Assembly: GCF_009914755.1 (NCBI RefSeq)
Contig: NC_060932.1
DNA: 64,000 nt
Reading direction: 5' to 3' (one strand)
DNA from: the human T2T-CHM13v2.0 reference genome, Homo sapiens
How positions within the stretch are numbered: the stretch's first letter is position 1; the number at the start of each line of letters is the position of its first letter. Position numbers and translations under genes: made by a program. The notes under the pieces were generated by a model. It searched no databases, was not told the origin of the DNA, and was given only the letters and a program-made list of their open reading frames with translations. This document shows, one piece after another, positions 25,561-38,283 of the stretch.

Positions 25561-27599
25561 AAAGGATTACATTTATATCAATAAAATGTAATAAAATCCT
25601 TACTAGGCACCTTTGATATTTCCTCAAACTCCTCTTTTGCTGTGGGTTTCTCCTATTTTCCCATGCAGGCTTTGAAGACTCTTCTAATGTCTCTAGCAAT
25701 TCAACCTGACTAAGTGTGCACTTTACTGAGGGGGTTTTAAAAAAGCTCAGCATTGAGGTAAACTGACACACCACTCCACGGGGCTGTCTAAGTCTCCATA
25801 GATAAATTAAACAGGCCTAGTCTTGTGCTGGTGCAGAAAGAGGAAAAGGAGCAGGGAATGGGAAGAGGAGGGATTTTGTTGCTAAGAAAATCTAGACTTT
25901 TTTCCCAGATTATTTCATTTTATAGATATGTAAACCCTAAGTGAAGAAACCTAGTGGGGATATTTGGAGGATGACTGGGCTTAGAATGAGGGTAGAAGAG
26001 AGGCAACAAGGGGTGTGATTGAGCTCTCAACCTTGGCTTCTCTGTTCTACTCAGTTCTTTTCAGCAGCCAAGCATTTTTCTAAAGTTATTTGATCCCTTT
26101 CAATTCCAGTCTTTTCATCTGTAAAATGAGGATAAAAATAACATATACCTCGTAGCTTTATTTTGAGCATCAAATAATGTAAAACATGTGCAGTGCTTAG
26201 AACAATGCTTGTACATCACAAGAACAAGCTATTATTTATAATGATGATGATTCATTATGATTATGGTTATGATTATGTTAGCTGGAATTAAAGAGTGTTT
26301 TCATAACACAGAAGATGCTGGGGTCAAGGGGTAGAGCTGGAGGGTGGGGAATCTGGTAGAAAAGCCTGTTGAAATTCTAAACTGGTCCACCAAATGAACA
26401 TTTTTATTCCAAATTTAGTTATGAAATTGGATACCTGTATACAGGTTTTTCTTAGGATTGCAACAAAATGTAATAAAGTAATTTTTCAACCTAAGGGATG
26501 AGTAGATGAAAGAGAAGTAAAAGGAATATGTCATAATCCAATAAAATGTGGTTTGAAGAATAGTCCCATCCCTCTACCCATTCATGCCCAGTGGCCTCAG
26601 GGTGTTTTGACTTCTGACCTCAAACTCTGCTCACAAAACCATTTGTGGACCCAGTGCAGGGTGAGTCATTGGTTCGAAACATGTGATGCATCCCAAGTAT
26701 AGCTATCAATCTTGCATTCATCACTATCATGACCCACTGCCTAGTTCGGTGCATAACGCATGTTGAGAGGCTTGGGAGTATTTATTTCCTAAAATATTAG
26801 ATACTAGAGCAAGTATTTAATCCTCTTAACCTTTTAAAGCATGTATTATCATCCACATGTACTGACAATAGAACTGAAGTTCAGAGAGAGGTGTACTTTT
26901 CCAAGATCACACAACTGAGAGTAAAAACAGGGTTTAAGCTCTGACCTTTCTTTCATCTTAATATTTTGCAACATTTGTTTGGAAGAAAACAAACAAAAGG
27001 AAAACCCTCCTACTGCTTCTCATTGCACTAAGAAGTGATTAGATTGACATTTCAGTTCCTGCAAAGATCTCATACCCTCCACCTTTCAAACTTCCTTTCC
27101 CACTTGTTTCTTATGCTTGTTGTATCTCTGACCAAGTCAGAAACTCTTGCTGATTCACTGAAATTGCTACACGTTTTAGTCTTGCTCTTGGCTCCACTGA
27201 CTAGAATATCTCTTCCACCACCACACATCTCTATTAAGCCTTTTCTGACCTCCAAACTAGGAGGGAATTTGCCCCCTTCTTAATCACTATAGCATATTCT
27301 TTGTGCCTATATTAAAGCATTTTTAATTTGTTAATTAAAAATTAACAATTGATGTGACTGCTGTATTATCCTTGAGAACTTAAGAGGAGGTAATCACAAC
27401 TTAGACATCTCCATGATGGCTAAAATAAATAGTTTCTGCAGCTTCTAATTGTCTTGAATGAAGGTGTAGTAAAGAACTATTAACTGAGAGAATGAGCATA
27501 GGAGACCATTTCAGAGGTGGTCAGGTAGAAGAGTGAAATCTACTTTCAAGTACTCAGCCAGTTATGGCATCACTTGGGTTCTAATACTTTTTTACAGGG

Positions 27600-28556
27600 C
27601 CTGATAATGTCCTTCAGGTATGATACGTGATTTGAGCCAGCATGTAGGTGGGATATAGAAGTCTAGGAACCCAAGACTGGAAACAAGAATGGCTCCTTTC
27701 ACTAACCTAATAAACCACTAGAAAATTTTGGCTTTTCATCATCAAAACTTTGGGTTCTGCTTTTCTAAAACAGAAAGGTGTTACTATAAGGGTTTCATTG
27801 ACCTGAAAGTTGAGACTGACATCTGACCACTATGCACTCCTCGTGTAGTGACCCACCAGCCAAAGAAGCAGTTTATGTATTGGCTGGGTAATTAATCTTG
27901 AGTATCGGGGAAACAGGGGTACTATCACACAATGGGGCATAAAGGAGCATGACTGAGACCCAAGGGATTTTCTGGGGAACCTCTTAGTGCCTCCATATCT
28001 CAGAGTAAAAGTTAGTGAGCAACTATGATAACACAACACAAGCAAAAACATTAAAAGCACAGACTCCCAGAACTAGACCCATAACCATCTGGGGTGCTGG
28101 CTAAGAACAAAGGGAAAATGAAATGAACAGTGGACAAAGAAAGTCACCAATTGCAGTCACAGCCTCATAACCAGTTGAAAAAAATGAGAACTCGAATGAT
28201 TATTCACAATTTTATTCCTTTAATGTGTATTATTTTTATACATATGTAATATTTTTTTCCATTCTCCAACTCACTTTCTATCTGATGTAAGTTGTGTTAA
28301 TAGCAGTTAACTGCATAAGTCAGTATTTAAATTGAAGGATAACAAGACAGTTGTGACCTCACTAGAAGAGTGAAAAATATCACACACTGGGGATAAAGCA
28401 GCATGAACAACTTAGTGTCTCCACTTTGTGGGAAGGTGAGGATGGTTTTGGTTTTAGTTAGAAGGCTGCATCTTATATTATTCTGGTCTATATCAGAAGC
28501 TAAATAATATGGGTTAAAAGGGTGGTGTAGATGCTAAGTTGACAATAGAGTGGGCT
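27600..28556 (+). mobile_element. ERVL-class internal 3' remnant (degenerate dUTPase/post-integrase region)
   Basis: gaaagttgagactg...attggctgggtaattaatcttga...cacaatggggc resembles ERVL 3' pol; ends in PPT-like gttgacaatagagtgggc before TGT. Confidence 0.7.
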
Positions 28557-29034
28557 GTAATAGACTGTTAGAATCCAGTCTTTCACTAGATCTTCCATGC
28601 AATGGCCATGTGAATATATTTCACAAACCTGCAACTACAAGGAAATGAGCAAGAGCCTCTGTTGTGTGCTCTGAAATCCGTTGCCAAATTTGCGCTGAGA
28701 CCATACTTCCCGTGAGCTGCTTCCAACCAATTAAGGAGTGTGGTGGGAATATAAGGCAGACATCCTTCTGGGAGACCTGAGGTTCTTCCAAAGACTAAAT
28801 CTGGCTTGAAGACTTTCTGACACCTTGGCAAACCATTAGATTGCAAGGTTATCTGTCCCATCTAGCCTTGTCTCCTTCTGATTCTAGCTTTGATCAGAAG
28901 AGGATCATGGTCTGACGGCTCTCTCAGCCTTCCCTAGAACCCTCTCTATTTTTGTCTCACAGTCATTTCCCCTAATAAAAACTATTTTTGACTCCAACAT
29001 GGAGTCTACTTCTTAGAGGACCTGGACTAATACA
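28557..29034 (+). mobile_element. ERVL 3' LTR (MER54/MER74/LTR53-like)
   Basis: TGT start right after the PPT; ccctAATAAA; ends gtctacttcttagaggacctggactaataca. Confidence 0.7.
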
Positions 29035-29049
29035 TCCCCATTCTGAGAT

Positions 29050-29330
29050 CTCCTCTGTAATGCAGTGTGGAAGCTAGGAGCTACATTTTCAAGATACTTC
29101 TTTCCTGTATGGTTCTGGGTTAAAGTTTATTACAAAATTACTTGCATGGTGTCTAGAAGGCAGGATGAGGGAGAGGGCATTATATTTTCAAGCTATTGTG
29201 AGCAAAAATAGTGGCTTCATGGACATCGATGAGCTTTTTCTTTATTGCAGTAAACTGGGGAAATGATGGGATCCTTCCCAAAGACTTAAAATTTGCAGTG
29301 GTTTACCTGAATACTTTTGAAAATCAGCCA
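29050..29330. mobile_element. LTR33-like ERVL LTR fragment
   Basis: ggaagctaggagctacattttcaagatac...tatggttctgggtta by recalled similarity. Confidence 0.45.
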
Positions 29331-30149
29331 ATTTAGTGTTTCAAGGATTGGAGAGGATGTTTACAAACACTTATCATATCTTTGCTTTACAAGAAAACAA
29401 CTTCTTAACTGATCAAGAACCCAGATCATATGAGGTAGAGGGGAAAGTTGTTTTAAAAAGTAGGTTCATATACTTAAAGAACTGACCTCTATGTTATTTA
29501 GAAGAAAATATTTATGTTCTCAAAATCAAATAAAGTTTAAAAATAAAGGGATAAAATTTGTAATCTGAATTGACCTTATTGTAGAATTTCAGTGAACATT
29601 ATATACAGACAAGTTCTGATAAAACAATTTTATCTAGATTTATTTGTCTAGGGGCAGAAGTACAGGATCACCAAGCCCTCCAAATTACCCTCCATGTGTA
29701 CACCTGCCTCCTTTTAATGACTTACCAAATAAGCATACATAGCCATGCTTTAAGACAAGATTCTTTGTTTCTTACTTTGAGATAAATCATCTCATTCCAT
29801 ACCAAAGAAAAATACAATACTATTCCATTACTAATTTCAGAAAAAGGCAGTATCTGAGAAAATAACAATAATTCTCCCTAGGCTGAAAATCTAAAGAAGC
29901 CAAAAGTCACCCTTGGAAACCTTCATTGCTGGTAAATGGATTGTATTTATGTTTCATGCTTCATCTTTTCCCTCTCAACTGAAACATTAAGAAATTTCAC
30001 CAAACAACCTGGCCTATTTGTCTAACAGCACCCCAATGGTTATATATCATTCTTTGGACCTTGACCTCAGAAAAATCTTTTCTTTTTTTTTTTTTAACTT
30101 TTCCCTTCAAGGTTAGCAAGTAATACAAAGAATGGTTTAAAATAGGATC

Positions 30150-31740
30150 TAACAGGCATGGTGGGTCATATCATAGACAGTCCTGGGCATCTACTACTTT
30201 TAAAGAATAAAATAAGAACTCAGAAGCCAAGGAAATTAGAAAATGCCACATTCTCACCCTCCAGTGCAGTAAACCAAAAGCTTTATCCTTTCCCTGGGGG
30301 TGTTACAGAGATTAGTGCCACCACCAAAAGCTGCAAGGTGCAAGAATATGTGACTTCAGGCTCATTTAACTCACCTGTTTGCCTGGTACAGGATCCATTC
30401 TGCTTAGAGAGTGAAGGTAGATTGTTGTAAATTTCATCAGGTGGTGGGGCCTATTGTGGCTATAGTTCTGCAAGTGGGACCTACTGGCACAAATCAACAC
30501 AGCTTCTGTTACTTGATACACAGATATTGGCTGAACACACGCTTTGTTTTCAGTCCACATCAACAAACATAATCCAAGGCAATTTGCTTTCGGGAAGCAG
30601 AGACAGCAATTTATCTTTACTTTGTAAGCTCAGAGATTTGAGAGCTCCCCAGTTCACTGTCTGGAAAACGTTAAAAACTGGATATTGGGATGGGCATGTT
30701 GGCCCTTACCTGTAATCCCAACACTTTGGAAGACCAAGGTAGGAGGATCACTTGAGGTCAGGAAGTTTAAAAAGTAAAGGGATAAATAAAGTTTAAAAAT
30801 AAAGGGATAAAATTTGTAATATGAGTTGACCTTATTACAGACTTTCAGAGGACATCACATATAGACAAGTTCTGATGAAACAATTTTACCCAGATTTATT
30901 TATCTAGAGGCGGCAGCACAAGATCTTCATCATGATGAAAGATCATGTTACCCAGACCAGCCTGGATAACATAGCAAGACCCCACCTGTACAAAAATTAA
31001 TTTTAAAATTAACTGGGCATGGTGGCGCACACCTGTAGTCCCAGCTACTTGGGAGGCTGAGGTAGGAGGATTACTTGGAGTTCTATGCTACAGTAAGCTA
31101 TGATCACACCACTGCACTACAGCCTGGGTGACAGAGTGAAACCCCATCTCAAAACAAAACAAAACAAAACAAAACAAAACAAAAAAACAAAAAAAAAATA
31201 AACAAAAAACTGGATATCTCATAGGAGACCACATTAGTTCATTACATTAAGAATAATTATCCCAATTCATCCCAGTTATTTATTATTGTTACCGTATATT
31301 CCTATATAACACACATTCATGCCAGAAGATGAGACAGGAACCCCCAAAAGCCCAGGCCTGCTGCATTGCTGAAATTCTAGTGGCCCAGTGACAGGAGGTA
31401 TGTTAAAACTCCCTTCTACAGTGGAAAACAAGTCTCTGCAGCTGTACCATCCATCTAACACACAGAGGGACACAATACAAAGCTGAGAAAATTCGATAAA
31501 TCAGGAATTCACCAAAATGCAGCAGATACATTTGGATGCCTCTTAACTTATACTAATCAATAGGAAACTGAAGCCATCCAACAAAGTCAGGACCACCAAA
31601 GACCCAGCGGTTGTGAAAATTATGTTGTGGTTCATCCCATCTAATAAAGAACTCTATCCAAAGAAATCGCTGACAGAGATCAAAGGGACCATGAAATCAG
31701 TGACAGAAAAGAAAGCTTTAATTTTTAATTTAGACTTTAA
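30150..31740 (+). pseudogene. Degenerate ERVL pol (reverse transcriptase) remnant, interrupted by Alu
   Basis: ORF 30158..30430 has VNQKLYPFPGGVTEISAT...SFNSPVCLVQ, similar to ERVL RT NQKQYRIPGG.AEISAT...PFNSPIWPVQ; ttagttcattacatt (LVHYI of YIDD motif) follows the Alu; many stops/frameshifts. Confidence 0.8.
30687..31204 (+). mobile_element. AluJ carrying a ~190-bp non-Alu insertion (30763-30953)
   Basis: Left arm breaks after gaggtcagga and resumes at agaccagcctgg (30954); TSD aaaaactggatat at 30673-30685 and 31205-31217; (CAAAA)n tail. Confidence 0.95.
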
Positions 31741-31906
31741 GAGCAGCTACAAATGTAGGACTGTTACACCTGTATTTTATTTTAATCAATTTTTTTAATG
31801 ATACCCCCTTTTCCCATTTTTATGTAATACAGAGCATATTAATGAAGGCTCATATTTTGGTCTTTGTGGCTAAATATACCTGAAATTACACCACGTAGTG
31901 ATGACG

Positions 31907-32271
31907 TGTTAACAGATAAACAGGCACATTGGAAATGTAAAGAGTTTATTTGAGCAGACAGCCATTCATGAATCAGGCAGCTACAGACGACAGGCATTTC
32001 AGGACTCCATCAAAAAGGGCACAAGGGGAAGGCTTTATAGGGTGAATACAGATGCAAGGCAAAGACACTATTGGATGGGTTAATGTGGAACAGTAGTCTT
32101 TTATAAATCATTCCAGTGGAAAGATCTTGATTGGAGGTTAGTTGGCAGTTTCTGGTAAAGTTTAAGTTTCTTTTACAGTTTACCCTGTGTTGGGTTTCAG
32201 TTTGTTTACATAGGAACCCAGGGAACTGAAGTGTCCTCAGTCTAATGGTTTCCCAATTCATTATTTTAACA
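31907..32271 (-). mobile_element. ERV1 solo LTR, MER93-like
   Basis: Minus strand begins TGTTAAAATAATGAATTGGGAAACCATTAGACTGAGG and ends TTAACA. Confidence 0.8.
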
Positions 32272-32289
32272 TATGATCGTTGATAGGAT

Positions 32290-32798
32290 GTAGTCCTTTA
32301 TGTAAGGGAACTAAGCCATATAATCTCAATATAATCTCAGTTTGCCACCCCATCCCTACCAATTTCATTCTTCATCCTTTCTACCCTGCTGGAAAGTAGG
32401 ATAAACTCTACAGGCTGCCTGAACCCTCTTGCCTCTGATTAGGTTCAACCAATCACAGGCAACCACAGGATATCCTAGGACAGATTTATGCCTCTGATCT
32501 TTTCCTGTCTGGCCAGCAATTGGCAGAAGCTGCATTTCTCAGCCCAGGGCCCACATTTCCTTCCCCCAGCATCCCTATTCTGCAGCCATAACTCTCCCCC
32601 AGTTTTCATAACCACTCCCATTACATCCTCCTTCAGGTTGGGAGATAACTACTTTATCAATGCCAACTATTTTATCAATGCCTGAGGGTTCCCATTAACC
32701 CTGCCAACATCTTTGCAAACAGTTCTTTCCTTAAATTATCTTCAATTATACCTTTTGAATGTGCCATTTATTTCCTGCTGTGATTTTGACTAGGACAA
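32290..32798 (+). mobile_element. ERVL LTR (LTR41/LTR16-like)
   Basis: Ends ttcaattataccttttgaatgtgccatttatttcctgctgtgattttgactaggaca, typical of this group's 3' end. Confidence 0.6.
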
Positions 32799-35700
32799 AT
32801 TTCATCCTTTATCCATCCTGGAATTCTGTATTTCTTTTTAGTTCATGCTTTCTCTTATCTCTAGGGTTTGCTTAGGCTTTTTCTCTTGCCTGGAAGATTC
32901 TCCTCCAAAGCATATCATTAAGTACACCGTATTATATGTCTTCCCTAACTTAAGTTCTATATGCACAGTGAGTATATTTATCTTACCTGTCCTCATGTCC
33001 CCAACACCTCTCACATATTTTGGCATAAAATAGGCACTCAATCAATAGCTGGAATAAATGGTGCCATGCTCCCAGCTGCTCCATCCAGAAAATGTTACCT
33101 TACAACATTTTTTTTCATAAAAGGGTTTTGTACAGGGAAAGTGTTTACAATTTATTTACATAATCTGTCCTGGTTTCATTTAGCATATTCTCAATTCAAC
33201 TGAATGTCATCCTATTTGTTCCTGAGGTGAATGTTTCTCTGCTTCCAAGACCACCTGAAGTTTTCAGGACAAAAGGGAGATTGTGATGATGGATGGCGGA
33301 CAGCTCAGAATCTGAAGAATCTGGGTTCCCAAATGAGAGATTTCAAACGTTGCAGATTGACTTCTGGTCTCAGCTCCCACATGTAAAGTGTTTGGGAGTT
33401 CATGCCTATTTTTATAACTATTAAAAACTGAATAGTTTTATAACTATTAAAAATGATCAAGCCCATTTTTATAACTATTAAAAACTGAAAAAACTAAAAA
33501 GCAATGACTTTTCTTGGACCCATTAGAGAGCTGAGTTTGATGGAAAAAGTTATAGCCCCAAATCTGGAGAAAGAGTCACATTAAGGTGTTCACAGTAGTG
33601 ATATGCTTACCTAGAGAAGAGGTTGCTGGAGCCCATTACTGGCAGGGACAATTAAAGTAAGAAATTCCTGAGGCCTGCAGTTTTAAGGGATCCCTCAGAC
33701 TTGTGTGTTTTACCACATGGTGCAGATTTAAGAAAGATTATCTTGACATGTGAAGGCAAAGTAATCATTTTGAAATTCTGTACACCCAAGAGTGTTCTCC
33801 ATAACTACTCTCCAGGGATAAAGGCTTTCCTAAGCCCCTATTCTATGTGGGGAAAAGTACTGTTTTCACAGCAGGTGCTCCAGTTTTCCTGTATCACCTA
33901 AGGGGAAAATGAAGCTATAACAAAGGAGAAGTATTCGTGAAGGTCACAGTCTGAAAACCCATGCCCACTGAAAAACCGAAATTAAATCATAAGATTATAG
34001 AACTCTTTCTCCCCCTTTCTTGCCACCACACCTATTCATGGTAAAAAATTCTCAGCAACCTGGAATAAAGGAGAACTTTCTCAACTCGATAAAGAACATC
34101 CACCAAAAAAACCAAACAACTAGCATCATACTTAATGGTAAGGTACTGGATATCTCCCCAACTAAAATCAGTAGCAAGGGAATGATGTCCTCTCTTATCA
34201 CTCCTATTCAACATAGTACTAGAAGGCTTAGTTACTTTCATCAAACAAGAAAAGGTACATAGATTGACAAGGAAAAAATAAAACTGTCATTGTTCCCAGG
34301 TGACAGGATTATCTACTTTGAAAATTTCTAAGAATTGACAAGAATACTCCTGGAACTAATAAGTAAGTAAAGTAAGGTTGCAGGATACCACTTTAATATA
34401 TTGAAGTCAATTGCTTTTCTATGTATCATCAATAAACAATTAGAATTTGAAATGAAAGAAAAATACCATTTATAAAGCACTCAAAAATTAAATACATAAG
34501 TACATATCTAACAAATTATGGATATTTTGCATATAAAAATCTCCACAACTCTGATTATTTTATAAATCAGAGAGTATTTGAATAAATGGAGAGATATTTT
34601 GTGTTGATGCATTGGAAGATTCAATGTTATTAGGACATCAGTTCTTCCCAACTTTATCTACAGATATAACAAAATTGTAATCAAAATTCCTGGATGATAT
34701 TTTGTAGATATTGACATAAATTGATTTTAAAGGTTATACGGAAAGACAAAATATCTGGAATAGCCAATTCAATGCTAATAAAGAAAAACAAATTTGGGAA
34801 ACTCACACTATCCTGATTTCAATGCCTACTATAAAGTTACAGTAATCATCACAGCGTGGTATTTATGAAAGAATAGACAAATAGATCAATGGAACAGAAT
34901 ACAGACTCACGAAAAGGTAGTCAAGTAAAGTTGGATGATATAGCAAAAGAAATACGGTTGAGAAAGGGCAGTCTTTTCAACAAACAGTGCTAGAACTATA
35001 GAATGCCCATATGCCAAAGTCACAAAAATTAACTCAAAGTGGATCACAGACATTAATGAAATATAAAATGCAGTGCTATGTAACCTGTGGAAGAAAATGT
35101 AGGAGAAAAATCTAGATGGCCTTGGGGTTGATGTTGAGTTTTTAGACACAACACCAAAAGCAAGATCCAAGAAAAAAGTAAGTTGGACTTTATTAAAATT
35201 AAGACTTTCTGCTGTGTAAAAAGACACTGCTAAAAGAACATAGGCACAGCCACAGCCTGGGAGAAAATGATTGCAAAATGTATATCTGACAAAGGACTTG
35301 TTTTCAAAATATACAAAAAACTCTTAAAACTCAACAATAAGAAAACAAACAACCCAATTTAAAAATGGGCAAAAGTCCTGAGCAGACACATTACCAAAGA
35401 AGATACACAGATGGCAACTAAACATTTGAAAAGATGCTCATCTTCATTTTTTGTTAGAGAATTGCAAATTAAAGCAACAATGAGATGCCACTAACACCTA
35501 TTAGAATGACAACAACAACAACAACAACAAAACAGAAAGTAAAATGAACAATACCCATTGCTGAGAAGGGTGTGGAGTAATAGTAACTGCCATCACATTC
35601 ATTACTGGTGTAATGTAAAATTATACAGTCACCTTGGAAGACAATTTGACAATTTTTAAAAAAGGTAAACATAATCTTACTATAAGATCCAGCTATCATG

Positions 35701-36435
35701 CTCCAAAATATTTGCCCACACTAAAACCTGCACTCAAATGTGTATAGCAGCTTTACTCATAATCACCAAACACAGGAAGCAACCAAAATGTGCTCCAATA
35801 TATGAATAGATAAGCAAGATGTAATACATTTAAACAATTGAATGTTTTTCAGCATTAAAAGGAAACAAGCTATCGAACCACAAGAAGACATGGATGCATC
35901 TTAAGTGCATATTGCTAAGTGAATGAAGCCATTCTGAAAAGGCTGTATGTTGTATAATTCCAATGAGATGAGATTCAGAAAAGAGCAAACCCATAAAAAG
36001 AGACAATAATAATAATAATAAAAGACCAGTGGTTCCAGGGGTTTGGTGAAAGAAGAGAGAAGGTTGAGTAGGGGAAGCAAAGAGATTCTTTAGAGTAGCA
36101 GAACTATCCTGTGTGATACTGTAATAGCTAATACATGACACTATGCATTTGGCAAAACTTACAGAACTGTACAGCACTTAATGTATGCAAATTAAATAAG
36201 CATCATTGAGGAGGACTGGAGAAGCCCAGGATAGAATACAGAATGTGACCCAAAAAACCAACTAACTGTATTACAAATGTATGAAACAACCTCGCTGTAC
36301 AGGATGGGAAGAAACTGCTGACCTAAATAACCTGGAAATTAGTGAAATCTGTAAAACTAAAGGCAAAATTACCTATATACAAGAATTGTATTCTAGTTGA
36401 TCAAATTGTCCCATATAAATACTGATTAATAATTC

Positions 36436-36737
36436 TTTTTTTTTTTTTTTTTGGAAACAGAGTCTTGCTCTGTCACCAAGGCTGGAGAGTGCAGTGGTGT
36501 GATCTAGGCTCACTGTAACCTCCGCCTCCCAGGTTCAAGTGATTTTCCTACCTCAGCCTCCTGAGTAGCTGGGATTACAAGCACCCTCCACCACACCTGG
36601 CTAATTTTTGTATTTTTAGTAGAGATGGAGTTTCTCCGTGTTGGCCAGGCTGATCTCTAACTCCTGACCTCAGGTGATCCACCCGCCTCGGCCTCCCAAA
36701 GTGCTGGGATTACAGGCGTGAGCCACCATGCCCGGCC
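36436..36737 (-). mobile_element. Alu (AluSx-like)
   Basis: Antisense full dimer with poly(T). Confidence 0.97.
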
Positions 36738-37924
36738 AAATACTAATGGCTAATGATTAATGATTCTAATGCTTCTACATGTATGCTATATTTGAACAAT
36801 TAAATAAATGGATGATGAGCCAGGTTTCTTGCCGGTTGATTTAGAAGTTACAGATAAGTGAGGGAAGGAGACTAGAAGGATTCATGTGGTAAAGGGTTAG
36901 AATTGGAAACAGCATGCACTCATGTTTAACTTAAATAAAGATACAGGTGGTTGCATGTAGCAATATGTGTAGACATGTATCCATATATAGAAAATGTATG
37001 TCCATACACATCTATCCTCTTGCTCTGTCAGCTGAGGGGGCCTCAGAGCAAGAACACACCTGCAGCAAGTTGTGCTTGTAGCACCCAGACATTAGTTCCT
37101 AATCCTTTTCTTCAATAAAAAGAGTGAGGTCAACCTTAACAAAGGACTGAATCTAGACCTAGGTTTGGAAATACACAAGATGAGCCTGGAGCATCTTGGA
37201 GTGCCCAGAAGTGAGGAATTGCAAAAAGAAAACAACAACAACAAAAAGAACAGTGAAAGGGGACAAGAAGTCAAAGTGGCACAGTAGCCAACAGAAAGTG
37301 CTTCCAATGGTCAAAGCTGGAACAATTTGAACAAAAAAATAAAGTAGTATTGTATTATCACCCAAGGTATAAAATAAATAAATGTGAGTGCATACTGATA
37401 TAAATGAATGATAGCATAAATAGATGAGGCAGAAGACTTTCAAATAATTTATGTAGACACCCTGCCCTCAAAGAGGTGGGTTACAATTCCCTTTCCCTAA
37501 TTGTGGGCTGTACATAGTGACTTCCTTCCAAAGAGTACAGTATGGAAAGAGGGGAGATAAGAGTAACTTTAAGGTGGAAAAAAGCTGACAAACATTATCT
37601 CAGCCAGTTGACCAAGGTTAGCATCAACAGCGATAAGTCATATTGTTTGTATGAACCCTTGGTAGGATGTGATGGCAATGGCACTTTAATCTCTGTAGTC
37701 TTCCTCTCAAGAACTCACACCCCACTCTAATCATGACAAAAGCATCAGGCAAATCCTATTTAAGGGTTCTTCCATAAATTACCTGTCCAATCTATCAAAA
37801 CTATCAAGGTGCTAGAAAACAAGAGGTGTCTGAGGAACTCTTGCAGCCAAGAGGAACCTAAGGAGACATGATGACTAAATGGTATGCAGTATTCTGGATG
37901 AAATCCTGGCATAGAAAGGACTTA

Positions 37925-38283
<359 letters not shown>

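Noticed and set aside
25124-25774. Longest ORF (216 aa, minus strand)
   Set aside because: Non-ATG start; runs through a MIR and (GATA)n/(CATA)n repeats; low-complexity peptide with no recognisable domain.
30158-30715. Possible domesticated retroviral pol gene
   Set aside because: Short broken frames, Alu interruption and a degraded YIDD motif.
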